A DNA stretch of 63,363 nucleotides, the filler included, from Olpidium bornovanus S191 (Eukaryota > Fungi > Olpidiomycota), in the NCBI GenBank assembly GCA_017911155.1. It is 21 parts of 21 records of this genome, joined end to end, with 100 filler letters (N's around TTAATTAATTAA, not from the genome) between each part and the next. Parts side by side here need not be neighbours in the genome. Positions count along the whole stretch, not along the records: positions 46,845 to 49,598 come from JAEFCI010006821.1; positions 49,699 to 51,802 come from JAEFCI010005833.1; positions 51,903 to 53,248 come from JAEFCI010000526.1; positions 53,349 to 54,609 come from JAEFCI010001557.1; positions 54,710 to 58,889 come from JAEFCI010000131.1; positions 58,990 to 60,804 come from JAEFCI010011651.1; 15 more parts are not named here. One strand, given 5' to 3'. Each line of letters opens with the position of its first letter. The stretch's first letter is position 1. The position numbers and the translations under genes were made by a program. The notes beneath the pieces were generated by a model. It saw nothing but the letters and a program-made list of their open reading frames with translations, was not told the DNA's origin and did not search any database. Of this stretch, positions 47,681 through 60,904 are shown one piece after another.

Positions 47681-48714
47681 GTGAAGAACGGCGCCGCGAC
47701 GCGACCTCTCGGAGGACCTACAAAACAGGCACTGACTGCCGCCGTCCAACCGACCCGCGCAGGGAATCGTAGCGTCGTTCGAAACTGCGGGGGAAGCTGT
47801 GCAGCTGCGAATGGCCGCGTGCCGCGGTGTCCAGAATGCCTGCTGGCTACCCGGCGATGGCTGCGCCTGTGACTCTCTGTATGAGGAAAACGCGGGCGTG
47901 CGTTCGCGCAGATGGAATCCGGACACGTCCGCGCAGAACCCGGAACGGGGGGACGCGCTTCCTGCCAAAATTCTGGTGCACCCCGTGAACCAGGTCGAGA
48001 ACGAGGACGCTCGATCCGAAGCGCGTGACGTCCAAGGACAACCCGGCGCTGATCTCCTTAACGCAACGGTTGATGCTCCGTTTGATCCTTGTTTCGGTTT
48101 GCACCGTAAATTGGGAGGCTCGGGATTCGAAGCCAGGCGGATAAAACGCAACGCGCTCGCACCCACATATTATAATCTTCGGCTGCGTAATCCGGGGAAG
48201 TCGCGGGGCGAGGTGCGGCCCCGCCCGGCATCCCGCACGCGACCGCCGGGGCGGTGATTGAACCAAAACTATTGTTCACCGAACCGCCCTCTCTGCGGAT
48301 ATGCGTGTTTCGCGCAGAATTTGCGTAAATTGCGGTTCTTGCCGAATTGGCACAGAAAGGAAAAAAAAAACAAATGCTGGCGGGTAAGCCGAATTGGCAC
48401 AGAAAGGAAAAAAAACAAATGCCGGCGGGGAAAGGTTGATGTTGTGTCTAATTCGAAACCTAAAAAAAAAAAAAAAAAAGAGGCGATAGGTATCGCCGCT
48501 CCCCGCCTTTTTGTTTTCAAGTATAATTAGCCAGTCGTTGACGCCCGGCGGTCGGTGAGCAGTGCGCCGGAAGGAGCCCAGGTCTGGGCCAGGCAAATGC
48601 CGCAGACGAGAATCCGAAAAAAAGGGAAGGGGAGGGGTGGGGGGGAAGGAGTGGGACGGGCAAAAACAGACGTGAGCTATTGCAGACGCTTGGCGTCGAG
48701 CGGTCTGTGCCTCG

Positions 48715-49598
48715 TCACGAGACATCCTCCGGCGGCGGCGAAACCTCCATAAGCCTCTTCTCGCCGCGGGCGATGATAATCGCGGCGTCCAACTGCTCTT
48801 TGGTCAAAGGCTCGCACTCCTCCTCCGCCGTAAACGCCGGCTGCCTCATCTGCTCCTGCAAGTTGTGGAGGACGCCCCGGACATTTTCCTTGGCGGTCTC
48901 CTTCTCGGCCGGCAGCTCATCCACGGTCTCGGCGGCTTCCACCTCCTCGTCGGACGTCAGCGAGCCCTCCGACGCGTTCGAGAACTTGTTGGGCAGCGCG
49001 CCGTTGGGGAGGGCGGTGGCGGCCGGGCCAGCGACGGCCGGCGAGGTGACCTGGAGGTGATTCAGGGTGTGGAACCTTCCCGGTCCTTCCTTCGACTTCG
49101 AGAAGAACTGGTCAGGGGCCGTGAGGGCGCCCAGCGCCCGACGCATGTGCGAGGTCAGGTAGCTCAGGCCAACCTGGTAACTGGCGTTCATCCAGCCGAA
49201 GCCCTCGCGCGGGACATATTTGAAATCGATGCCCACGTTGCCGTACTCCACCTTCACGTGGTGGGTCAACGTGACGATGTCGAACTTTTCCGGCACGACG
49301 CCGTTGAAGTCGACGAACGCTTTCGTGATGCTGTTTCGACGAGAAAGGAGTCAAAAGCGCCGGGCGCTTACCGTCGAACCGCACCCCATCCGCAAAAACA
49401 CCGTACGTGTAAAGCCACCGGTACGCCAGTCTCCGTGCAACGTCGTCGTAACCGTAGTTGCGGAATCCCTGCCAGGCCATGATTTGATGCGGAGGCCAAC
49501 CTGACCGCGGCACGTTTCGCAGCGTTGACCGGTGAGCCACGCCCTGATCAGCGGCTCGAAAAGAGTTACCGGAAGCGAAGTGGCCAGCGCGCGCACCC
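48715..49598 (-). CDS. NTH1: Neutral trehalase (GH37), C-terminal exons (5' partial)
   Basis: [30 protein letters not shown] and VPEKFD...[25 protein letters not shown]. Confidence 0.93.
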
Positions 49599-50073
49599 NN
49601 NNNNNNNNNNNNNNNNNNNNNNNNNNNNNNNNNNNNNNNNNNTTAATTAATTAANNNNNNNNNNNNNNNNNNNNNNNNNNNNNNNNNNNNNNNNNNNNCA
49701 TGCTGAGATAGCAAAAAGTGCCAATGGAATAGCCCAGGAAAACTGGCCAAGTGTGGGAAATCACTCTCCGCATCGATAGCCCTTTTGGGAAGGCGATATG
49801 CCGAGATCTTCGCAAGTGGGCAGGGGGGGGAAGGGGTTGAGCTCCCAAGTGGTTAAAAAAAGTAACCGACTAAAAGGGAAGGTAAAAAAAAAAATACGGA
49901 TTCGAAATAAATCGAGTGGAATTCAAAATAACGTAGAAAAAATCACAGCATCCCGGATGAGCCCACCTCTCCCGGCAACCCGGAATATAATTTTTTTTTA
50001 AAAGAAAAATCGTTTCCCTGGCCACTCCCACTGAACGCGGGAACAGAACGCTCGCTTTAGACACAGGGTCACG

Positions 50074-51480
50074 TTATTGGACCCAACCCCTGCACTTGCT
50101 GGTCTTGCACTCGCACTTGGTCCGTTTAGCCGTATTCTTCATCTGGTAATCAAACGTGAGCTCCGTGCACCTCGTAATGTTTTTCTTTGCGAAGAACGCC
50201 AGGTCGTGGATCCGACGGTCCGGGTGACGGAAGACCGGGTAGACAACCAGGTTCGGGTCACACGAGTGGTTGAAGAAGTGAGTCACGTTGCCGTACCGGC
50301 TGGCATCGACCTGGCGGCGAACGACGATGGGAGGAAAAGGGTAAAGAAAGAGAACAGGGAGGTGGGGGTGGAAAGGTTGCGCCGATAGCACAGAGAACGT
50401 CAGCCAGCGCCCCGATCGTCGGGTTGCTCGACCTTTCGCCATCAGGAGGCTCTTGGAGGCAGGCTCTCCAACGAAGGTGAAAGAAAGGTAGGAAAAGGCG
50501 ATTTTTGGGACCTCCATCTTACAGAATACACATTTTCCTAAGAAAATAAAAGCACCAAACGCACAATCTCAATAAAAAAGCCTGTCGGACGCTAACGTGA
50601 CGAGCATTTTATAATCCAACAAGAAAACGTACGTCGTCCACGCCAAACTCGATTAACCAACGACTTCCCGTGCCTCGTCCTGGAGTCTGAGATTCGCACA
50701 CCAAGGTTGGGACCAGAGAGCTTAACCAAAACGGAGCTCGCCGGCTTGACGATCATCCCCCAGAAACATCAGCAACTTCTCCGCTTTGCGCTTACGTTCT
50801 TCAGCTCGCAACTGCCGTCCAGATCGAAAAGGTACGTCAGACCCGTGGCGTCATACCTCCGGCCTCTGGCCTCCGCTTCCTCGCTGGTGATGACCTCTCC
50901 GGCGTACTTGTCGATGTAAGTGCCCCTCGGAATATACTCCATTGCCCGCACACCCCACCCCTTGCGCCGGGTCTTGTAGATCTCGAGGCTGACTTTTCGC
51001 CCACGTTCGACGACCCGGTTGGGACAGGTCGCCAGGGAACACGCGCAGCGCTTGTTGCACTCGACGATGCTGGTCCGCTCAACGTTAATGAGGCCCTCGG
51101 CTGTGTAATTCACCAGGCCCTCAGCATCTTCCAGGCAGCGGCATCCGCCCCCTGGCACGCAGCACGCCACGGCCCGGTTGTCCTCGGCGGTGGCGGCGCA
51201 CGCGCACCCGGTTAAGAAAGCGTCATCCGGCTCGCGGACGCCAGGGCAGAAAATGTACTCGTCCGTGAAGCAGAAACCGTCCGGCGGTCCGTCAAAGTCG
51301 AGACCGTTGAATACAGATATAGGCTTGTACTTTGTAACGCTCACGAGCTCCCGAAACCGCCGCACACCGTCTGACGCCTCCTCCACGCGGGGCGCTGGCG
51401 ATTTGGAGCCCCGCCTCTGCGCAGCCTTCTCTTCATCTGAGTCGACGTCATCAAGATCGAGAGAAACGAAACTTTAACCG
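50074..51480 (-). CDS. clr4: Histone H3K9 methyltransferase, Clr4/SUV39H/DIM-5 family (pre-SET, SET, post-SET; 5' partial)
   Basis: Cys-rich pre-SET, ECNKRCAC...CPNRVV, KGWGVRA, YAGEVIT, YLFDLD, HFFNHSCDPN, ELTFDY, CECKTSKCRG. Confidence 0.92.
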
Positions 51481-51908
51481 TTCCGCGGCAAGCTCCACCG
51501 CAGCCTTCTCCCAATGTGCGGCGATGCCACCAAGATTGAAGAGAAAACGGATGACAAACCTAAATGGCACACTGTCACTCTCCTCTGGGCTCACAAAACA
51601 GAAAATTATGATAAGCTTCGCCGTGCACGACGAAAGGCGACATCTACAAAGGTATTAGGCTCGCACCCGTTTCTTGCCGCTTATTGGCGTCGGCGAGCTT
51701 CCTGCTAATGATCAAAGAACAACCATCGCGTACGTGTTACGATTGCGTGGGCCGGATATGCTCGACAAACAAAAACAATTTTGAGAGCCGGAGAGCCACA
51801 TGNNNNNNNNNNNNNNNNNNNNNNNNNNNNNNNNNNNNNNNNNNNNTTAATTAATTAANNNNNNNNNNNNNNNNNNNNNNNNNNNNNNNNNNNNNNNNNN
51901 NNGCGCCG

Positions 51909-52012
<104 letters not shown>

Positions 52013-53004
52013 GGGGAAGGGGTGCGAGAGTCTCACGGCTTTTCCGGGCCGGACGGGATCACCTCTTAGAGGATACACACTGGGACTCGCGGCCGAGAGG
52101 CGGCTTCGCGCCATCCTGGTCCTCGTCGGCGCGGCGGCGGCGGGGACCGCCCGCTCGCCTCCGGGCATTGCGGACTCCCCGGCGGCGCCGGTCTGCCGGT
52201 TGCACCAACAAGGCGGCCGGGCGTGAGAGAGCTGGGCTCGTTGCGACGAAGGAAGGCGGAGGAGGGCGCAGGGGAAGAGAGGGTGGGGGTGCGGCGGAAA
52301 TTTGAGTTCGAGTTCGCCCCCGTTTTCCGCAGCGCATATTCTTCCTCCACATGGCCGCGCACGTGAAAACATGTGATCTGCTTTCTGAAATAATTCCGGT
52401 GAAACGCGCACGAACGAAAAACGGTCGGGGGCGGGCGGGCGAGGGCCCCGAACGCGCGCGCTCTTTCCTGTGTCTCGCGAGCCGGATCCGCCGGATGGCG
52501 CGCGCGCGCGCGAGGGGGAAGGTGGGGGGACCAGGACTCCCCAACAACACCCGACAAAAAAAAAAAAAGAAAAAAAAATCTAACAAAAGAAAGAGAAGAC
52601 CGCTCGCTCTAAAAGCGGTGGAATCCGCGCGCGCGTAACGACGCTTCCTTAGCGCGCCATGTGCGTGCACGCCTGCGGGGTGCAGCAGGCGCAGGCGACA
52701 CGTGACCCGGCACTTTATACGGGCGGGCGTCTCCGCTTCTTTTCTCCCGACCGCAGAACGAAAAAACGGGGGCGCCCGCCCCCGCGGCGCGCTTTCCCGC
52801 ACCTCATTCGCCGTCCCGTTATTGCGCTGCCGCGGCGACGGCGCCGTCCCGCTGCACCGGCCGGGCTGGGCCCCCCGCCGGCCGAAGACGGCTCACGCGC
52901 CCGCCGCAGCGAGCCCGCCCGGCCGGCCGCGCACGTGTGGTCATTGTCCCGTCTGCCTGTGTTTCGTTCCCCCAAAACGGGGGGGGGGGGGAGGGGAGGG
53001 GGGG

Positions 53005-53161
53005 TGTTGGAAAAGGGGAGGCATAGTAAAGGGGCACTGCGCACTCTCCGCCCCTGGACCGTAGTTTCCCTTCCCGTACACGTATAGAGTAAACAAAGGT
53101 GGCGGAAAATACAACCCCGGTAGAGCTCGAAAAACCATCTACGTTCTTCAGGTTATGAGCC
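53005..53161 (+). mobile_element. LTR retroelement E: putative 146-bp LTR (53005-53150) plus PBS (53151-53161)
   Basis: TGTTGG...TTCTTCA followed directly by GGTTATGAGCC. The left LTR limit is tentative. Confidence 0.55.
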
Positions 53162-53353
53162 TAAACAGTGACCAACTCCCTGTCAAAGACGCAACCATGT
53201 CTGCGGCACCCCGGGTGGCAACCATGGAAGACGGTCGCATGCTCCCGCNNNNNNNNNNNNNNNNNNNNNNNNNNNNNNNNNNNNNNNNNNNNTTAATTAA
53301 TTAANNNNNNNNNNNNNNNNNNNNNNNNNNNNNNNNNNNNNNNNNNNNCCGCT

Positions 53354-53887
53354 ATGCCGACAGAGCCGTCGAAGGAGCTGCTGGCTGCTCTGGATTCTTT
53401 TGGAAGTGTGGTCCAACCGCGGCTTTCCATCCTGGAAGCGGAAGCAGCGGGGGTTTCGCAGTGCATGACAGCAGAGGATAAAGACGGTTGGGAGATCGGT
53501 TATTTGCATGACATGAAATCCTGGGCCGTGAAGCCGCGGAAACAGGTGAAAACCAAAGGGCGACGCGCGTCGCGCGGACGGGAAGACGACGAGAGCGGGG
53601 TGGACCGTGGTAGACGGGGCAGTTACCGGGGCGCGGACGAGGCCGGCGGCCGCGCCAGGGACGGGAGCCGCTTGCGGCGCTACGGTGACCACGAAAGGGA
53701 CGCGCGGCGCAACCGGCGGAACCGATCGTCGTCGGCGTCTTCCGGCTCCTCGTACGTGCGCGACCGCCCGCACCGCCGTCGCAAGCAGAGTCTGGGTTAC
53801 AGGAGCGAGCGCGGCGGCGGCGGCCGCGGCGGAGTCCGCGGCCGACGGAGTCTGAGCAGAAGCAGGAGCAGGAGCAGGAGCAGGAGT

Positions 53888-53923
<36 letters not shown>

Positions 53924-54226
53924 GAGAGCTGGGACCGGGCCAGACGGCGGAGCCACAGCCGCGGACGAAGCAAGAGTAGGAACTGGAGTTCGCGGGGCCG
54001 CGGCTTCGGCGGCGGCGGCGGGGTCTCCGGCGGGTCGTCCCGCAGTTCGCTGCGCGGCGGCCGCTCGCGGTCGTTTTCGCGCTCGCGTTCCGGGTCGCGG
54101 TCCCCGTACCGCAGGTCCAGCCGTAGAGAGGGGATGCGGACGTCGAGGACGTCACGCTCGAGGACCCCGCCGTTCAGGTCCCGGTCTAGGTCGCGATCGC
54201 CGTCACGGCTGCGGCGATGGACATAA
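53354..54226 (+). CDS. CHERP-like RS-domain protein, C-terminal part (5' partial)
   Basis: PSKELLAALDSF...DGWEIGYL resembles my recollection of the CHERP PSERLLAAVEAF...GWE motif and is followed by a long RS tract (AGCAGG repeats). Confidence 0.6.
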
Positions 54227-55212
54227 GCACACAAAAAAGAAAGTCCTTGACACTGACACGTATAAACAACCATCAACAAGCTTTCATCACCGTCTCATCC
54301 GGAAACGTCTTTTTTTTTCTTTTTTGTGCGCAACTGGGGGGATCCCGTAGTCCAATTCCCGAATGGTGAAACGTATGAGCACGACACCCACACACCCCCC
54401 CACTTTTCCCGCCAAAAAAAAAAAAAAAAAAAAAGAAAGCTAAGTTACGCACGGGACGAAAAGGCAGGATTTGGGCGTTGCCGTTGGCCATGAATGGAAT
54501 TCGGGAGCTCAACCACGCGTCCCGTTTTCCCGATCTCCTCAACACTGTTGCGACCAAAACATTTTGAGGAGACGGAGCCATTACGTTTATCCCTAACTTA
54601 AGCCGGAAANNNNNNNNNNNNNNNNNNNNNNNNNNNNNNNNNNNNNNNNNNNNTTAATTAATTAANNNNNNNNNNNNNNNNNNNNNNNNNNNNNNNNNNN
54701 NNNNNNNNNCATGCCGCCGTCACCAGCGGTGCCGTCGTCGTCGGCATCGAGCTGTCGTCCGCCGTCGTAGCCGTCGCCGTTGCCAGCGTGCCGTAATAAT
54801 CGCGCCGTCACCGATCCGGCGGTGGGATTCGCGGCAGGATTCGGCAAGGATCGGCCGCAGGGGTTGCCACAAGACTTGCCCCAGGATCCACGGCGATATA
54901 TTTGCCAAACTGGCAGCAGGATTTGCCACATAACCCGCGGCAGGATTTGACGCGAAGATTCAGCCGAGGATTCAGGGGTTTAAAAAGTCCTATTTCCGGG
55001 AAATTGCATTTGAGGGCGCAATAAAAGTGGACATAGCCATTCCGGCTGAAAATTCGGCATATGCGGGTGTTTTTTTACATAACATTTGCAGCGGCCGGGG
55101 ACGAGACGGATCGCGCGAGGGAAGGAGAGGGGGGAGCTTTTGCGGCGCACGCACAACCGGGAGGACGGTAGAGCCGGGAGAACCTCTTTGCTGGGCGAAA
55201 AGCGCGAAGTTC

Positions 55213-57248
55213 ATGCCGGAGCTCCCCGAAGTCGAGCGCACGAGGGAGCTTCTGCGCGAGCACTGCGAGGGGAGGACCGCAGAGCGCGTCGAAGTGGTAC
55301 TGTGCGAGCGGAAAAAGGCGCGGCTTTTCAGAAGTGTTGAGGGGATAACGGGCGAAGGACGGCGGACTTGCCGCCCGCTCTCTCTACTCCTCGTCCGCCC
55401 CGTATCCCCACCGGTTAAACGGTTGTTGGATTCCATTTGACAAGCGCCGCTTCCTGCTCTCGACGCCCTGTTGCAGCACCAAGACAGCATCGTGTTCCAA
55501 GGTCCCGACACCACCCCGGATGGGTTTGCCGCCCACGTTCGAGGCCGGACCGTGACCGGGATCGGCCGCCGCGGGAAGGTGTGAAAGATATAAGCCGACG
55601 CGAACCCGCGGCGCAGGTTCGCGCGAAGTATCCGCAGTCCTCACCCATGGTCATACAATTACTCCGGCGTGGGCCGGCCAAGGTGCTCTGGCTGGAGTTG
55701 GACAAGCCTCCACACGTCGTCTGCCACCTGGGGATGACTGGATACGTCTCGATCGAGAACGTGGACGGTGCGCGTTTGTGTATTGGGCGCGCGTCGCGCC
55801 TAACCACAGCGCGCGCTCTTTCCCCGTTCTTCCACTTGACTGACCCGTTGCTTCCACGGACCGCGCGGTTTTGTTCACCCGGCGCCTTTATCGGTTTAGG
55901 CGTGCCGTATCGACAGGCGAAGAAGGAGCCGGCGGCGTGGCCCGAGGAAAAACCGAAGTACTGGAAATTTGTCATCGCGTTTGCGAAAGGCACGAGCGAA
56001 ACACAGCCGCTGCGGATAGCATTTTGCGACGCGCGCAGGCTAGGTGAGTGCCGAAGGTAAACTGTACCGTTTCCCCGGTTGTTAACAAACCAGACCGCGA
56101 AGTAAGACTGGGGCAACCGTCACCCCGTTCTCATTCCCGCCGCCGTCAACCGCATCGATTTTGGTACCAAGGGCGAATCCGACTGGTGGACGAAATAAAA
56201 GGATCGCCGCCGGTTTCGGAGCTCGGGTTTGACCCGATAATCAACATGCCCTCGCTAGAGGACTACACTGCAAAGGTCCGAAAGCGGAAAATGCCCGTGA
56301 AGGCCCTTCTCTTGGACCAAGCTTTCAATGCCGGCGTCGGAAACTACCTTGCGGATGAGGTGTGCCAAAGAAGCCGCATTCTTGTGCCCGTGTGCCAGCT
56401 TCACTACACGCCCTCTCTGACTGCTAACTCCGTTACCGCAGATTTTATACCAGGCACGTGTGCTTTACCGGGTATATGTGTCGGCGCCCAATGCGCGTGT
56501 GCCTGACATGTTGGCGGCGATCGGCAGGCGCGAGTCCACCCGTCTCAGGCGACTATATCGCTCACTGACGACGAAATTGAGCTGCTCTGGAAAAAAACAA
56601 CGGAGGTGTGCCAAAAAACAGTGGAGCTGAAAGCCGACACGGAAGCGTACCCGGAGGATTGGTGAGGCAAGCTCTATTTCGGTTGGGCCCGATTTCTGCG
56701 GTGTCCCTTTTCCCGCTTTTCCGGCGCCGTTCAACGTACTTACGGTGCCAAAATGCGGCTGGCCGCCAGGCTATTCCATCGCCGCTGGAACAAGAATTCC
56801 AAAAAAGCAACTATTATGGCAGACGGTAACCATGTGAAATGGGAGACGGTGAGTAATTGCCAGCCTTGCCGAAGGAACGGCGGCATTGGTCGCGGTCGAA
56901 TTCGGCAACTTGACTCTCGCCGAATCCAGGTCGGGGGGCGAACTTCGGCATTCGTTCCTGCGGTGCAAAAGTTGCATGATGGAAATGTACGTATGTTATT
57001 GATGACAGTTATGAGATCGATCCGGACCTATATAACTGTTTCTTTCGTAGGGCAGTGCTACGCGGGCTGTCAAACGCTTGAGCGATAATGACTCTTTGGG
57101 CGGAACGGCTAAGCGCGACCAGCTGACGAAAAACGGCAAGTCCAGGAAACGCGGAAGAGCAAACGCGGAAGGTGACGATGATCCCGCGAAAACGCCAGAG
57201 CCGCCGCGCAAGAAACGCGCCGCAAGTGGTAGACGGGCACGGGTATAG
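55213..57248 (+). CDS. FPG: Formamidopyrimidine-DNA glycosylase (Fpg/MutM), plant/fungal type, multi-exon, basic C-terminal tail
   Basis: MPELPEVE, GRRGK, HLGMTG, FCDARRLG, ELGFDP, VKALLLDQAFNAGVGNYLADE|ILYQAR, LFHRRW, VGGRTSAFVPAVQK. Confidence 0.93.
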
Positions 57249-58248
57249 GAGGCCGAGTAGCAGGACGAAGAGGATGGAGTGCAGGCAGAGGACATTGAGA
57301 ACAAAAAAAACGAAATCCGGCGCAAGCGGCCGGCCACTGCAAAAGTCCGCATCTCCTCGTGATGCAGTGTTCCGCTTCGATGGCCAGACGGGGGGAGAGG
57401 ATATTCCAGCGGGCCCAGACAAGGGGAAAGACAGAAGGCAATAATGTCCACAGGGAAATGAAGGGGCACGGAGAATCCGCGAGCGGCAGTTCGCGGCGAA
57501 TGTCCTCCAGATGGGAAATGACAGACAGAAATCTTTACGACGGAAAGTCGTTTTGGTGAGCTCTCTTAGACGCGTCTTGCTCCTTGTGCCAGCTAATTGT
57601 TTTCCTTGTACTTCGAATTTTTGCTTCAATCCGATCACTGTACGTATGTATGTGTGCTTCTTGCTCAACTTACAACCCTTTAATGCACATGAGAAGGACG
57701 CACAGCGTTTTGCAGAACGGGGACATAAACGTTATCCGAGCAAGGCCCTTATTTTGCGTTGTTATGATGGCTCGCGGAGGCTGCGAGGGAGCAATGTCTC
57801 CTAGATTGAAGAGATCTGTCACCAACATCTGAGAGTGCTCGCGAAGCAGATTCACCCTTCACGAAGCCATACGGCTTTGACCGTACCAGACGCACGTACA
57901 AATCGCCGTCGGAAGGCTCACGTCGAGCTTTGGAGACGCCCGCTCGTTGGTGCCGGTACTGTCGACATTGCAGGCGTGCGGGACTACTGCGGGTTGTCAT
58001 GTGCGCTCGGCACCCGGTGGCAAGGTCTTGTAATGATGCGGGTAGACGGGTTGCATGGCTTGTTGTTCATGGTGGTGCTGTAAATGCATTTGAGGCGAAG
58101 TATGTTCCCGAACGAGTGTGGCTGCCAAGTGCTCTTGCCTAGCGGCCTGCACCGCCGTACCAAACACGGGATTTTCGCATTGGTCAGAGCCGCTGTCTCG
58201 CTGATAACATCACAACCTCTCACACCCTCCCCGCCCGCGGCACCCTAC

Positions 58249-58526
58249 CTCCCGATACTTGTTTAAATAAATTTTCATCGCCTCGGCGTAGTTCTCAAAC
58301 CCGAGAGTCGTCATCGCCCAGATGACGTCGTCGCCGTTAATCGTCTTGCGCTTCTCCTGCAAGCAGCGATCCGCAGCCTCGGACGTCACGAAGGAGATGA
58401 ACTCGGACACGCACTCCTGCACGCACTCCTTCGCATCCTTGGCAACCTTCGTGTTATCCGGCAAAGTCCGCTTCATGATCCGGGCCACGTTCGCGATCGG
58501 CAGGTACCGGTCTTGTTCCTTGATAT
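58249..58526 (-). CDS. HAP3: CCAAT-binding factor subunit HAP3/NF-YB, histone-fold exon
   Basis: [16 protein letters not shown]...[22 protein letters not shown]...[23 protein letters not shown], bounded by AG and GT. Confidence 0.97.
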
Positions 58527-58817
58527 CTGGAGTGCTCGCGGGGGAAGTGGCGGGCGGCAGACCAAGACGTAGTATCGGAGGAGGAGAAATTTCCAACAGA
58601 GGGTTAGAAAAAAAAAGCAGCTGGGCGCGTCGCCTCCCAACTGGCGAGCTGCGTAGATTTTCCGTTTTTGAGTGGCGGAGAGGTCCAACTTCGGACACAG
58701 CGGGGGGGGGGAAGTGGGTGAGTGGGGGGGAAGAGCGCGCGCGCGCGGGCATGTGTGCGTGTGGGGGGGAGGGGGGGGGGGGGGGGGGGGGGGGGGCCCC
58801 CCCCGCCCCCCCCCCCC

Positions 58818-58866
<49 letters not shown>

Positions 58867-59287
58867 CACCGCTCACACGACAAAACCCGNNNNNNNNNNN
58901 NNNNNNNNNNNNNNNNNNNNNNNNNNNNNNNNNTTAATTAATTAANNNNNNNNNNNNNNNNNNNNNNNNNNNNNNNNNNNNNNNNNNNNAAAAAAAGAAA
59001 AAAAAAGAAAAAAAAAGAAAAAAAAAGAAAAAAAAAGAAAAAAAAAGAAAAAAAAAGAAAAAAAAAGAAAAAAAAAGGAAAAAAAAAGGAAAAAAAAAGG
59101 AAAAAAAAAAGAAAAATAAATAAAGAAGAAAAATAAAAAAGAAAAAAAAGAAAGAAAAAAAATAGAAAAAAAAGGAAAGAAACAAAAAATCGAAAAAAAG
59201 GAAAGAAAAAAAGAAAAAAAAAGCACGTCAGAACCGGTTCGCGCACGGGTACCGGTAGGCGACGGGGTTCGTCCCCGACCGACTCAC

Positions 59288-60540
59288 GGAAAGCGTAAAG
59301 TGGTTCTCCGCGCTGACAACGAAGACCACGACGTCGATCTCCTGCTGACGGGCAAAAAGGGCGGTGGTTTTCAGCGAGTCTCTGTTGAGACCGGGCGAGT
59401 CCACCAGAGCGATGTTCACGATTCCGTTGTGGAGCAGCGACTCGGAAGCGCTGCGCCGGTCGCCGCAGTACACTTTGAGCTGCGAGTAGTTGCGGTGGTG
59501 GTTGTCGATCAGCTTCTCGAGATGCCTCATGTCGACTTTGACGTAGGTCCGCGGGTCCGCCCTGTCGTACTTCGTCTGCGAGTCGACGGGGACGGCGTGG
59601 ATCTCCTCCGCGCCGCCGTTCTCCTGCGTCGCGTCGAGGACCTCGCAGAAGAGGGTGGTGCAGGGCTGCTGGTCGACGGGGAGGATCTCCCTGCGGAGCA
59701 GGGCGTTGACGAAGGTCGATTTGCCGGCGTTGAGGTCGCCGGTGACGAGGATTTTCGAGGAGGAGTCCGCGACGCGCTGGGTGAGGGCGTCCAGGTGGGC
59801 CAGCGCTCCGGCGAGGCGCTCGTCGAAGAGCGATGAAACGCTCTCGGGGTTGATCAGCGACGAGCGGAGGTGCGTGTTTCCCATCTTGAGATCGAGGTTG
59901 AGGACCTGCAGGCCTCCTCTCTGGAGGGCGGCGCCGGCCGCGGGCTCTGAGGACGAGCCCCAGAGCGACGGGGGTTCGGAGCCCCGCCGGCACAGGCCCT
60001 GCTGGGACAGCGGGCGGCGGGGCAGGGGCAGGTCCGGGCACGAGGCGGCGGCCTCCTCGGGGCCGCCGCCGCCGCCGCCGATCTCGGCGCCGCTTTCGGG
60101 CGCGCGCAGGCTGCCGCGCCTGCCCTCGGCGTCGCGGGCGGCGGCGGGGCTCGCCGCCGACGGCACGGGCAGGCGCACAGAGCAGTGCCCTGCGTTCGCG
60201 TCCTGCACCTGCCTGACAAGGCCGCGGGTGGCTTCGATGAGGGAGAGGAGCCTGGCGCGCTTGTCGGCGAAGATCCTCTGGTGGGCCAGCTGGTCGCGCT
60301 GGTACCTGGCGGCGGCGGCGGCGGCGGCGGCGAACCGCTCCTCGGAGGAGAGGCGGAACGAGGCGCCGGACCGGCGCCCGCCGGCGCCGTCGGCCGGGGC
60401 GAACGGGATGGCGTCGTCGGCCGGCGGCAGGGAGCCGGTGGGTGCGACGGAGGAGCGCGCCTCAGCGGCCGCGGGTCCGCCGCCGCTGCCGCCGCCTCGG
60501 CTGCGGCGGGAGGCGGCGGCGGCGGCGGGGGGGAACGCGG
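59288..60540 (-). CDS. FZO1: Mitofusin Fzo1, GTPase domain (partial at both ends)
   Basis: KILVTGDLNAGKSTFVNALLRREILPVDQQPCTTLFCEV; LVDSPGLNRDSLKTTALFARQQEIDVVVFVVSAENHFTLS. Confidence 0.95.
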
Positions 60541-60543
60541 CGG

Positions 60544-60609
<66 letters not shown>

Positions 60610-60904
60610 CGGGGGGTGAAGTTTTTTTTTTTTTTTTTTCTTCTTCTTGGTTTCGGGCTTCTTTCCGTCGTTCTTCTTCTTCTTCTTCTTCTTCTTCTTC
60701 TTCTCTCTCTCTCTCTCTAATGGGGAGAGAAAGGCGGCGGGCGGGCCGGCTAGGGGTTGCCGGCGAGCAGCAGCTGCGGCGGCGGGCGGCGGGCGGGTGG
60801 CGGCNNNNNNNNNNNNNNNNNNNNNNNNNNNNNNNNNNNNNNNNNNNNTTAATTAATTAANNNNNNNNNNNNNNNNNNNNNNNNNNNNNNNNNNNNNNNN
60901 NNNN

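Noticed and set aside
8946-49598. Trehalose phosphorylase and neutral trehalase in one window as a metabolic cluster
   Set aside because: They lie on different contigs separated by many artificial spacers.
58990-59222. A-rich (AAAAAAAAAG)n tract with poly-Phe ORFs
   Set aside because: Low-complexity intronic sequence at a contig edge; the ORFs are compositional artefacts.
59655-60860. Long antisense ORFs over FZO1 (likewise over the trehalose phosphorylase and the 42-44 kb ORF)
   Set aside because: Expected shadow ORFs from GC3-rich codon use on the coding strand.
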